A stretch of DNA of 63,769 bases, the filler included, from Reclinomonas americana ATCC 50394 (taxonomy: Eukaryota): assembly GCA_048213135.1 (NCBI GenBank). It is 5 parts of 4 records of this genome, joined end to end, with 100 filler letters (N's around TTAATTAATTAA, not from the genome) between each part and the next. Parts side by side here need not be neighbours in the genome. Positions count along the whole stretch, not along the records: positions 30,843 to 43,777 come from PS015155.1; positions 43,878 to 53,067 come from PS015155.1; 3 more parts are not named here. One strand, written 5' to 3'. The translations under genes and the position numbers were made by a program. The notes beneath the pieces are model-generated. The model did no database searches. It saw only the letters and a program-made list of their open reading frames with translations, and was not told the DNA's origin. This document shows, in pieces, positions 38,674-51,100 of this stretch. Every line of letters starts with the position of its first letter. Position 1 is the stretch's first letter.

Positions 38674-39406
38674 GGAGGAAGAGGACGGAAGTGAGAGGTG
38701 AATGCGACGAGCATGATATTGCTGCATATCTGTATCTATCTGCTCCGGTGTGTGTGGCTGGTGGGAGTGAGAGAGGAAGAGATTTCACAGAGTCAGTGGC
38801 GTTTGCTGGTTTCCATGGTCGATGGCGCGAGAATGCAGTAGCACAGTGCACCAGAGAGATGGGATCCATGTATGTGAGTCTCCCTCTGCGCCGCTGATCG
38901 GTGTGCTTGTAGGGGTGAAGAGAAACATAAGAGCCGTACTCTCATGACGAGCACTGAAAGCTGTCGAAACGTTGACTGACCTCAGGCGCCTTGAGAGAGG
39001 GAGCAGTCGCGTGGTTGTGGGGTAGCTTGTTCGCTGTGAAGAGACACAGATGTCCAGTGCAACCGCAACTGTTGGTCCGCGATCGGGACCAGAACCATGG
39101 TCGGGACCCCAATGCGATAACATGTGTGGCCAGAGGCTGTTCATCGGAGTGCTGCTGCTCAGTGTGGGTGTCCAGAGAAAGAAAGAGAGACACGCACGGC
39201 AGGTGTTGACGGGCGGCTGTAGTTTACAACGCACGAGAAACCTCGCCTCTCTGTTTCGTCCCCTTCCCTCCTCTCATCACAAATGCTTCATGCTGGTCGG
39301 ATCAACGGAACTTTAGCTGCACGTCGCTCTTGGACGGAGACAAGCACAGATGGCCTCTCGAGCACCACCACCACGCCCTCACTCAACAACAACTGCTCCG
39401 CTCACA

Positions 39407-42400
39407 ATGTCTGCCTCGTCTCAGCGCAATGCGAGAGCGAACATGCTGATCGAAAGCAGGCATCACATGTTGACGCATTCCTCCTCCTCTTCCGCCTCCT
39501 CCACCAACAGCAGCAATGACAAGGAGAGTGCGTCGACTCACAGTGCACTTGCACCGTCGAGTCGACGAGTGGCCACCTCCTCTTCGTCTTCTTCTTCTTC
39601 TTCGTCCACTTNNNNNNNNNNNNNNNNNNNNNNNNNNNNNNNNNNNNNNNNNNNNNNNNNNNNNNNNNNNNNNNNNNNNNNNNNNNNNNNNNNNNNNNNN
39701 NNNNNNNNNNNNNNNNNNNNNNNNNNNNNNNNNNNNNNNNNNNNNNNNNNNNNNNNNNNNNNNNNNNNNNNNNNNNNNNNNNNNNNNNNNNNNNNNNNNN
39801 NNNNNNNNNNNNNNNNNNNNNNNNNNNNNNNNNNNNNNNNNNNNNNNNNNNNNNNNNNNNNNNNNNNNNNNNNNNNNNNNNNNNNNNNNNNNNNNNNNNN
39901 NNNNNNNNNNNNNNNNNNNNNNNNNNNNNNNNNNNNNNNNNNNNNNNNNNNNNNNNNNNNNNNNNNNNNNNNNNNNNNNNNNNNNNNNNNNNNNNNNNNN
40001 NNNNNNNNNNNNNNNNNNNNNNNNNNNNNNNNNNNNNNNNNNNNNNNNNNNNNNNNNNNNNNNNNNNNNNNNNNNNNNNNNNNNNNNNNNNNNNNNNNNN
40101 NNNNNNNNNNNNNNNNNNNNNNNNNNNNNNNNNNNNNNNNNNNNNNNNNNNNNNNNNNNNNNNNNNNNNNNNNNNNNNNNNNNNNNNNNNNNNNNNNNNN
40201 NNNNNNNNNNNNNNNNNNNNNNNNNNNNNNNNNNNNNNNNNNNNNNNNNNNNNNNNNNNNNNNNNNNNNNNNNNNNNNNNNAGAGAGAGAGAGAGAGAGA
40301 GAGAGAAGAGAGAGAAGAGAGAGAGAAGAGAGTGTGTGCATTTTTGTGCGTCTTCATCTCGCTCTCCCTTTCTCTTTGTCTCTCACCTGCGAGTGCATTC
40401 ACGCAGATGCTAGTCGGGAGCACTCGCATCACGCAGCAGCGGAAGGCTCTGTCGAGGTGCGGCGATTCTCCATTCCGATGCAAATGAATTCCGCTCACTC
40501 GAATCATTCTCTCTCTCGTTTCTCTCTTGCTCTCTCGCGTGGCACTGTTCGCGCAGCATCGTGCGAGGAGGCAACCAACCAATGTGTCTCTCGTGGAGCA
40601 CAATGCAAGAAATGTGCCTGTTCGGAGTCCAGCTGAGGCGTCGGCCCGCAAGCGTTCTCTGGAGGTGAGCTCCCTCGAAGGGAGGCGCCTCTCGCAACCA
40701 CGTGCATCGCAGTTGACACGGATGCTTCATCGTTTGCAGCAAGTGGATGGAACCGGCAATGATGAGCTTGCACCGCCGCAAAAGAAGGTGGGGGGTGTGG
40801 TGTCTCTCAATGTATTTGTCTTCTTGGTCAACATGTTTGCTTTGTTACACCCCACAGCGCGACGTGGACACGGCGCAGGCTGTGGGTGGGACAGATGGAT
40901 TCAGTGTGGACGAAGAGCTCGTGCTGAAGAAGCTGCTTGTTGCGTGTGTGTGTGCGATGAAGCAGGCTCTCTTCTTCTTCTGCACTCATCCTCTGTTCCT
41001 CACGAGCAGGTGTGCAACTGGAAGCGAATACTGATAAAGGCATTCGGTGTGATGGCGCCCTTTGTTCAAGAATCGACAGTCTTGCACCATCAGCGCGTTC
41101 TCTTTGAACTTGCGTGCAACGACTGTGGAATCGCGTCATCGACTCCGGGTCGCACAACGGCCGCCGTGCTGCGTGCATTCGACAAGAAGCTTGGATGGAC
41201 CACGAGTCATTCACGCAAACGAACACCGAAATCGGTGGAGGGTGTGCTGCGGCGAGTGAGCAATTTCGTCGAGGTGAGTACATGCACATAACGCCCCTTC
41301 GTGTGTGTCGCANNNNNNNNNNNNNNNNNNNNAGGAGTCGTGGATGAAATTGACGGCTGAAGTCCAGAAGGAAGAAGATCCGATTCTGCCATTTGTGACG
41401 CTGGCCGTGGGTGCGTTGCGTGAGTGCCGTGGTCTCCTGGGTGCTCTGCTGCGAGACAGTCGCCTCTCGGAAGCCGAGATATCACGTGCTGTGGTGTGGT
41501 GCCAGTCCAAGGGTGTGTATCCTCGTGCCAGGATTGGTGCTGTTCGCACCGGTCGGTGCTCAGCAGTGCAACGCAGATGTGAAGATGGAGGAGGCGGAAG
41601 AGGAGGAGGAGGACGAGGATGAAGAATACGAGGACGATGAAGATGACGAGGACGATGACTTCAAGGTCTGCAAGAGTGGAGAGAGCATGATTGCAAAGTG
41701 CGTAGATCCATGCGCTCACCCAAGCATTTCATCGCTCGCGTTCACAGGTGCATGGAGGCGGCGACGATGAGAAGGATGATGATGCAGAATCGAAGCCGAG
41801 ACAGGTTCGCAAATGTGCATGGCTGTAGTTGATAGTGAAGTCATGTGTTCACTATTGCCGCACATACGGCAACCATGCGCAGCGTGGAATCCAGAGTCGG
41901 CGAGTGTTTGCCAAGAGCCTGAGCGAGAATGAGCGGTCGGTCCTGCAGAAACTGCTTGTTGCGTGCTCTTAGCAATTTTGTGAGGCGGATTGTATGCCAC
42001 CTCAATTCGCTTGTGCACAGGGGTTCAACAGGAAGAAAGTATTTGTGATAGCATTCGGCATCATGGCTCCAGTTGTGATGGAGTCCACAGTCCTGTATCA
42101 TCATCAGGTACTTTGTGACCTTGCCTGCAAGGACTGTGGCGTGCCGTCGTCGGGAGCGGGAAGCCCGTCGTCAGCAGTTGTAGGCGCATTCGCCACGAGT
42201 CTTGGTAATGGTGCCGATAATGCACGCAGAAATACCGCCAGATCAGTTGAAGGAGTGCTTCTTAGCATGAGCAAGTTCATTGAGGTGCGCTTTCACCTCT
42301 GTGTTCTTGCGACATCACAACAAGAGCTAACACTGCTTCATGTACAATCGTACAGAAGAGTCTACTGCGCGGTGCTGCTCTCTCAGACGCAATCAAGAAG

Positions 42401-45400
42401 CCACTCTTTGTGGTGGACGAGCGTGGGCATTCGGTGGTATGCTGTCTATCCTTCACGTGCTTCGTGCGTACCGTAGACTGTTATCTTACGTTCGCGTTTC
42501 ACCATTGAATGTCAGAAATCGTCGGCTATTATTTCGCACAACAGACAACATCTTCTGCTTCCGTTCGTCGCACAAGCTTTACAAGCACTCCACAACTGTC
42601 CTGGCTTGTTGGCCGCTCTGCTTCGCAACGGTTGTCTGTCTGAGGCGGAGATTGCACGTGCTGGCAAGTGGTGCAACGAACGAGGTTTGGCTGTGTGTCA
42701 CAACCTTTTGGTATTGTTTGGTATGAGATGACTCACAAGCAGGTGACGTTGGCAGGCTTGAAAGCGGTTGCATTGGTGGAGGAAGAGCGGAAGCGTGAAG
42801 TCGTGCAGAGGGATGGTGAGGATGGCCATATGAATCTGAAGGTGTATGGCCGGAAGAAGGTGTGGTTGTAGGTATTTGTGCGATGTGATTCTTAGAGAGT
42901 GTACATCTATCTCATCGCTGCATTGTTCGTATTCGCAGCTCCCAAGGGCAGACCCCGTGAAGTCGAGCAACGGCGAACAACAGATGCTGACCACGCTGCT
43001 TGTTGCGTACTGTTGCTTCCGCTNNNNNNNNNNNNNNNNNNNNNNNNNNNNNNNNNNNNNNNNNNNNNNNNNNNNNNNNNNNNNNNNNNNNNNNNNNNNN
43101 NNNNNNNNNNNNNNNNNNNNNNNNNNNNNNNNNNNNNNNNNNNNNNNNNNNNNNNNNNNNNNNNNNNNNNNNNNNNNNNNNNNNNNNNNNNNNNNNNNNN
43201 NNNNNNNNNNNNNNNNNNNNNNNNNNNNNNNNNNNNNNNNNNNNNNNNNNNNNNNNNNNNNNNNNNNNNNNNNNNNNNNNNNNNNNNNNNNNNNNNNNNN
43301 NNNNNNNNNNNNNNNNNNNNNNNNNNNNNNNNNNNNNNNNNNNNNNNNNNNNNNNNNNNNNNNNNNNNNNNNNNNNNNNNGCCTCTGTTGTCTACTTCTT
43401 TTGTCACTGCCCTCTCCGTGACACTGGCGTGCAGGACTGCAACGCTAAGAAGGTGATGGTGAAGGCATTTGGTCTGATGGCGCCGATTGTGATGGAATCG
43501 ACAGCCCGTCGCCACCAGCGACTTCTCTGTGAGCTTGCCTGTGACGATTGTGGAATACCGTCGAAAGGACCGGGAAGTCCATCAGCCGCAGTCATGACTA
43601 CATTGGGCACCAAACTGGTTAATTCCGCCAGTAGTGCACGCCGCAGCACGCGCAAGTCCACCGATGGCGTGCTACAGAGCATGAGCAGCTTCATCGAGGT
43701 GAGTGTGAGTGTTTTCTTGTGTTCTATGTGACATTGCGGTGTGCTTGCACTCACTTGTTCGTGCTTGGAATCATCAGNNNNNNNNNNNNNNNNNNNNNNN
43801 NNNNNNNNNNNNNNNNNNNNNTTAATTAATTAANNNNNNNNNNNNNNNNNNNNNNNNNNNNNNNNNNNNNNNNNNNNAGGAGCGGTCTGCGAGGAGCTGC
43901 ACTGGCGAATGCTGTCGAGAGACCATTGATTGTGATTGACGATTGGGGCTACTGTGAGGCATGTACACCAAGGCTTTTTTTTTGCTGCGGAATGCTGTAT
44001 AGGTTATTGTTGGCTCACTTTGCAATTTCTGGGGCGGCAGGAATCGGCAAGACTGAGGATTGATAATGGTCAGACAAACAGTCTGCAGCCGTTCGTGACG
44101 CAAGCCATACAAGCTCTTCGCAGCTGTCCTGGCTTGCTGGCCTCTCTGCTTCGCAACGGCTGTCTGTCCAAGGCGGATATCACACGTGCGGGTGAGTGGT
44201 GAACGAGCGCATGATCTTGGCACAGCTGATGTTCCTTGACGTGCCGCCTGGGAGGCTGACAAATGCCGTGCAGTGCTGGTGAACGAGCAGCCAGTGAGAA
44301 TGGAGACTGTGAAAAGCAAGAAAGAGGAGGACGAAGAGAAAGAAGAGGAGGACGAAGAAGATAATGACGATGACTCTAAGGTACGCAGAAATGGTACTTG
44401 AGGACCGTACGCAGATCATGCACTCATGATCAGTCAAACATTCGTGTCTCTCGTCCGCAGATGCATGCTGGCGTTGACGATGATGATGGCGATGAAGGGG
44501 AATCGAAGCCGAGAAAGGTACGGCAAGGGGCATGGCTTGGGATGTCGATGCTTGGTGTTCTAGACTCTAACTGCCAACGCTGCGTGGAATATGCATGTGC
44601 AGTTTAGTCTCCATCGATATCGCGTCTTTATCAAAGACCTGAGCGAGGACGAGCATTCGGCCCTGCAAACATTGCTTGTTGCGTGCTCATGTCCGCTGCT
44701 CGTCTGAGCGGTGGATTGCATCTATTGACGCTTCGTTGTTTTCGAGCACAGCGGTGCAACAAGATAAAACTACTGGTGAGAGCATTCGGCATCATGGCAC
44801 CAGTTGTGATGGAGTCCACAGTCCTGCATCATCGTCAAGTTCTTTGTGATCTTGCATGCAAGGACTGTGGCTTGCCGTCGTCGGGAACTGGAAGCCCGTC
44901 GTCCGCAGTTGTGGGCGCATTCGGAACGAGCCTTGGCAGTAGTGCCAGCAAAGAACGCAGAAGGACGGTCGACTCAGTTGAAGGAGTGCTGCAGAGCATG
45001 AGCCAGTTCATTGAGGTACGCGTCCGCCTGTGTCGTTTCGACTTACAACAACAAGAGCTGACGCCACTGCATGTGCACTCAATCGTGCAGAAGAGTGAAC
45101 TGCGCGGTGCTGCTTTGTCGGATGCCATTTTGAAGCCATTGATTGTTGTCGACGAGCGTGGCCATTCAGAGGTATGCTGTTTCTCCAGCATGTACATGGC
45201 GCGTCTGTATAGTAGTGTCTCACCGTCAATGTCCCGGGATTTGCTTGTCAGGAACTGTCGAAACTGCCAAGAATGCAAAGCAATCTGCTTAATCGACTCC
45301 TGCTGTATGTCCCGCCGGCTGTGCAAGCTCTTCGCGGCTGTCCTGGCTTGCTGGCCTCTCTGCTTCGCAACGGCTGTCTGTCTGAGGCGGAGATTGCACG

Positions 45401-46465
45401 CGCTGTCAAGTGGAGCACGACCAGAGGTGAACTGTGACGCCTGTGTACAGTCTACGCGTGATGTGTCTCACAGGGGGATGGGGGGTTGTAGCACGCGTTG
45501 AGGAGAATGTGGTGGTGAGAGGGAGAGAAATGGTGGTGGAGGAAGCAGACCAAGAGGAGGAGGATTCAACGAGCGGTGGCGAGGAGGATGAGTTCCGTGG
45601 GAATAAGGTAGGCCCATGGATGGCAAGCGCAGAGTGCATGTGTGTGGCTGCAATTTCATGTGTGTGTTCACAGCAGCGGCGCAAAAGTGGTCCTGCGACG
45701 CTGAGCGAAGCGGAGCTACTGGTGTTGAAGAACCTGCTCGTTGCGTATTGTTGAACACTGTCGTTAGGATTGCCGAACTGCTGTCATGAACTCATCCATC
45801 CACACACTTGCGAATAGGAATGCAACAGGAAAAGGGTGCTGGTGAAGGCGTTTGGTCTCTTGGCTGCGGTGGTGAAGGGGTCCACAGTGCTTTGTCATCA
45901 GCGCGTTCTCATGCAGCTTGCCTGTGACGAGTGCGGCATGCCAGCGGAGGGACCCGGAAGTCCATCGTCCGCAGTCATTTCTGCATTTGGCAGTAAGATT
46001 TCTTATTCTGCGAATTCCATACGGCACACGGCTGTCAAGTCGATGGAAGGGGTGCTGGAGAGTGTAAGCAACCTCATCGAGGTGGGTTTCTCGCTCGGCA
46101 ATGACGAGACAAATAGCTGACTCGCATTCTTCATGAGGGCAGAAATCCGGTCTTCGAGGAGCTGCGCTGGCGGATGCTATCAGGAGGCCACTGATTGCGA
46201 TTGACGAAAGTGGTCACTCTAAGGTCTGTGGGTGGACTTGATTCTCTGCGATGCTGGCCTATGATGAAGTTTACGATTGCGCCTCCTGTTGCAGATATCA
46301 GCAAGGTTGTTGCAGAGGAAAGGCACTCCGGATTTATTGCGACCAGTTGTCGCACAGGCTATACACGCCCTTCACAACCATCCCGGTCTGGTGGCCGCTC
46401 TGCTCCGAAACGGTTGCCTTTCGAAGGCGGAGATTGTGCGTGCCGTCGCGCGTGGCAAAGGGTAA
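39407..46465 (+). CDS. Giant tandem-domain protein B (5 units), paralog of A
   Basis: Ser-rich N-terminus, then core exons at about 41010, 42021, 43435, 44751 and 45818. Exon at 41335 is nearly identical to the one at 30904. Start and end are provisional. Confidence 0.7.
43822..43833. other. Artificial assembly linker
   Basis: TTAATTAATTAA within an N run. Confidence 0.95.
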
Positions 46466-46496
46466 TGAGCAGGATGTGGAGGGGAGAGGATGATAA

Positions 46497-47745
46497 TCAT
46501 CGTCGGCAAGGGATTTGTGGACATTTGTCGCATTATTGGAATGTGGTGAATGAAGCGTTTTGTTTGTTTTTACACACATGTGTTGTGTTGATGTTTTGGA
46601 TACGGTTGAACTTTGTCACAGTGACATCTCCCGTGAGCAACGCCATTATCAGCGACAACCACTCAACAACAACAACAACAAATTCATTTGCTAACAAACA
46701 TGTACAAGCAACAGCTGTCTTGATGACCAAGGTCAATCGTATCCAAAACATCAACACAGACGTCGACACCAATCTTGAGGCAGCAGCAGGTTCCTCGTGT
46801 GTGTGTGTTCGCTCTCGGAGCTCCGAACAAGTCGAGAACTGCGATCTTCACCGCATAAGCGTGGTTGCAATTGACCAGTGGATTTGACGCACTTGCATAG
46901 ACNNNNNNNNNNNNNNNNNNNNNNNNNNNNNNNNNNNNNNNNNNNNNNNNNNNNNNNNNNNNNNNNNNNNNNNNNNNNNNNNNNNNNNNNNNNNNNNNNN
47001 NNNNNNNNNNNNNNNNNNNNNNNNNNNNNNNNNNNNNNNNNNNNNNNNNNNNNNNNNNNNNNNNNNNNNNNNNNNNNNNNNNNNNNNNNNNNNNNNNNNN
47101 NNNNNNNNNNNNNNNNNNNNNNNNNNNNNNNNNNNNNNNNNNNNNNNNNNNNNNNNNNNNNNNNNNNNNNNNNNNNNNNNNNNNNNNNNNNNNNNNNNNN
47201 NNNNNNNNNNNNNNNNNNNNNNNNNNNNNNNNNNNNNNNNNNNNNNNNNNNNNNNNNNNNNNNNNNNNNNNNNNNNNNNNNNNNNNNNNNNNNNNNNNNN
47301 NNNNNNNNNNNNNNNNNNNNNNNNNNNNNNNNNNNNNNNNNNNNNNNNNNNNNNNNNNNNNNNNNNNNNNNNNNNNNNNNNNNNNNNNNNNNNNNNNNNN
47401 NNNNNNNNNNNNNNNNNNNNNNNNNNNNNNNNNNNNNNNNNNNNNNNNNNNNNNNNNNNNNNNNNNNNNNNNNNNNNNNNNNNNNNNNNNNNNNNNNNNN
47501 NNNNNNNNNNNNNNNNNNNNNNNNNNNNNNNNNNNNNNNNNGCATAGCGTTTTCTGCGATCGTACGCGGCACATCGAATTCGGGGAAAGGCCAGTAGCCA
47601 GCTGCAGCTGCACGTTGCCTGGCTTTGTTGGTTATTCCTATGTGTTCTGACACCAACACCTCTTGCTATCTTTCTGCATTCCTTTTTTGGAATTCGGCGT
47701 CAAATCCATGCTTGTCGCGAGCCGTGGTTTCTCTTGCTGAAACGC
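46497..47745. repeat. Composite of dispersed repeat families A, B and C; possible degenerate non-autonomous mobile element
   Basis: A at 46497-46570, inverted B fragment at 46583-46620, B at 46680-47600 (gap inside), C at 47658-47745. Confidence 0.65.
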
Positions 47746-48130
47746 CAGCATTAGCCATCTCGACTTTTTCTCGCTTTTTTCCGTGATGTCTGAGTTTCTG
47801 GTGCTCACTCAAGATGGTGAACATCATGCAGCTGTGTTGCTGTTTGGATTAGTAAAGTTGTTATTGTTGTTGTTGTAATCTGGGCTGGGTGCGCTCGCTC
47901 GTGGACGAATGCATGCGAAACTGGTGCTCGACGTCGTTTTGATCTTTCCAGATAAAGGCGAATTCTCGACAATGCACACACACACGCATCACACAAACAT
48001 AATACACCACAGTTGCTGTTGCAGTTTGCGAGCCGCACTGCAATCCACAAACCAAATAGTCGAATTATTTTCTTTGTCCCGCGCGAAAACGGCTACGTAC
48101 CAAACATCGCGCGTTTTTTTCTCTTTCTCA

Positions 48131-51100
48131 ATGTCGTTTGCTCCCGACATCCGCAACCCCATGGGTCGCATGCTCATTCGTGAGCACATGAGATAGTTGC
48201 GTATGTGTGTGTGAGAGAGTGAGTGAGTGAGAGTGTGAGAAGAAAACTGCACAACGTGTAACTGTCATGTCGAAGAGGGTGTTGCACTCAGAGCCATGAG
48301 AGAGAGAGAGAGGGGGAAGGAGAGCATACAAAGCACACTGCTCTCTCTCGCTCATTACTCACATGCAATCTGACCTGATCTCCTCTCTCACATACTTGCA
48401 CACATAGAGACAGTGTGTGTGTGTGTTTGCTTCTGATAGTGAGGCACACTCACTCACACTCAGGCTCACGCACACACACACACACACACACTCTCTCTCT
48501 CTCACTCACTCACTCACACTCTCACTCACTCACTCACTCACTCACTCACTCACTCACTCACGCACTCACTCACCACTGTCACACACAACTCACTCTCTCT
48601 CTCTCTCTCACTCACTCACTCACTCACCCCCTCTCTCTCACACTCACGCACTCACTCTCTCTCACACACACACACACTCACACACACACTCGCACTCACT
48701 CACTCACTCTCTCACTCACTGCACACACTCACCCCCTCTCCCACTCACTCACCCCCCTCTCTCTCTCACTCACTCACTCTTCTTCTCCCTCTCCCCTTCT
48801 CAGTCATGTCGCGCGAGTGAGCACTGCCAAGTCCTCTGTGGACGCACACACGCCCTTCTCCAGCGCGGAGGCTGGTGGTGGCAAGCGCGGAGCAGGTGCT
48901 GGTGCTGCTGGAGGAGGAGGTGCAGGTGGTGCAAGTGGGAGTGGTGGGGGAGGTGATGGGAAGCGCGGGCCGAGTACTGCTGGTGAGATATAGGGAAANN
49001 NNNNNNNNNNNNNNNNNNGGGAGGGAGGGAGGGAGGGAAAGGCGGAGAGCTGAGGCTTGAAGAGGCGAGATGCAGCTGAGAAAGGTGAAGTATGACAGGC
49101 TACAGAGAGAGAAAGAGAGGGAGACAGAGAGCTGAGGCTTGAAGAGGCGAGATGCTCACAGGTACGAGGGAGCATGAGCGTAAGGATAGACAGACGCCCA
49201 CAGTGGGAAAGTTAAAGCGTGACAGGCATTCTCGCGCACACACAAAGGGAGAAAGAGAGGTAAAGCAAGNNNNNNNNNNNNNNNNNNNNNNNNNNNNNNN
49301 NNNNNNNNNNNNNNNNNNNNNNNNNNNNNNNNNNNNNNNNNNNNNNNNNNNNNNNNNNNNNNNNNNNNNNNNNNNNNNNNNNNNNNNNNNNNNNNNNNNN
49401 NNNNNNNNNNNNNNNNNNNNNNNNNNNNNNNNNNNNNNNNNNNNNNNNNNNNNNNNNNNNNNNNNNNNNNNNNNNNNNNNNNNNNNNNNNNNNNNNNNNN
49501 NNNNNNNNNNNNNNNNNNNNNNNNNNNNNNNNNNNNNNNNNNNNNNNNNNNNNNNNNNNNNNNNNNNNNNNNNNNNNNNNNNNNNNNNNNNNNNNNNNNN
49601 NNNNNNNNNNNNNNNNNNNNNNNNNNNNNNNNNNNNNNNNNNNNNNNNNNNNNNNNNNNNNNNNNNNNNNNNNNNNNNNNNNNNNNNNNNNNNNNNNNNN
49701 NNNNNNNNNNNNNNNNNNNNNNNNNNNNNNNNNNNNNNNNNNNNNNNNNNNNNNNNNNNNNNNNNNNNNNNNNNNNNNNNNNNNNNNNNNNNNNNNNNNN
49801 NNNNNNNNNNNNNNNNNNNNNNNNNNNNNAAGAGGCGAGATGCTCACCGGGGCAAGTGAGCATGAACGTAAGGATAGACAGACGCCCACAGTGGGAAAGT
49901 TAAAGCGTGGCAGGCATTCTCGCACACACACAGAGTGAGAAAGAGAGGTAAAGCAAGAAGAGGCGAGAAAGGCACCGGGGCAAGTGAGCGTGAGCATAAA
50001 CGTAAGCACAGTAGTACGACTACAGACATAGAAAGCGGAGAAAGGTCAAGTTTGACAGGCATTCTCGCACAGAGAGAGAGGGAGAGAGTTGAAGCAGGAA
50101 GAGGCGAGACGAGACGTCCACTACCAGAAGCCCACACAAAAAGAAAGCGGAGGAAGATGAATGTGATTGCTTAGATGAAGGAAATGAGAGCTAAAGCGAG
50201 ACGCTCAGAGATGCAAGGTAGCATGGGCGTGGTAATGAAGCCAATCTCACAAGCAGAGAAAGCCGAGAGTGCTTTGGTGTGACTGGCATTCTCGCACACA
50301 CAGAGAGATAGAGAGGTAAAGCAAGAGGAGGCGAGACTGGCATGGGGTAAAGGCAGAATGGGTGCAGCAGAATTAGAGAAAGCAACAAGCTCACGCACGT
50401 AGGCGAAGTGTGGCATTCATTCTCATGAAACGCAAGAATAAGCAAAAAACGGCAAGTAGAAAAGAGTGTGTGTGCGGGAGAGAAGGCGAGGGTGAGAGGA
50501 AGATACATGTCTTCTATTTTACTCTCTGGCGACCCAACCTTGGCGTCATGTGACCCTAATCTACTTCACTGTCGCTGCTCGAGTTGACTCACGAAAAGTT
50601 CTATGCTCCATTTCCTCTCCCCTCTTCTCGTATTTCTCACTGTGGGCAAGTCTCCTCTCCTATTCCCTCTCCCATTACCCTCGCCCCTTTCCCTCCCTTT
50701 ACCCTCGCCCCTTTCCCTCCCTTCACCCTCGCCCCTTTCCCTCCCTTTACCCTCGCCCCTTCACCCTCCCATCTCACACCTCCCCTCCCACAGCCCGCCG
50801 ACCCGTCGACTGGACTCGCGACCTGGTCAGCAAAGCCGCCCGAGCCACTGCTGCCGAAGCCTCGTTTCGTCTCATATCCTCCCTCTCTCCTGCATTGCTC
50901 CCCCTCCTGCTCAATCACCCCCTCCTCTCTTCGTTTACCCCCAGAGGCCAGCAAGGAGCGGCAGCCGGGGCCAGTGGAAAATCACGGGCACGACCCACCA
51001 GCGCCTCCTCGAAGCGCGGCGACGCCTTTGACGAGGATTCTCAATTTTATCATCGAGTTTCGTTTGTCATCTATTTCTTGAGTTTTGGCCCCATGCGCTC

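Noticed and set aside
48194-48196. In-frame TAG suggesting stop-codon reassignment in the SPATA7-like gene
   Set aside because: A TA|GTTGCG donor resolves it to TAT. The same donor type is required in dynein, and TAG, TAA and TGA all end genes normally here.
36821-50009. Long ORFs containing X runs, or SL/RE/HT low-complexity ORFs
   Set aside because: They are artefacts of N gaps and (CT)n/(GA)n/(CA)n microsatellites.
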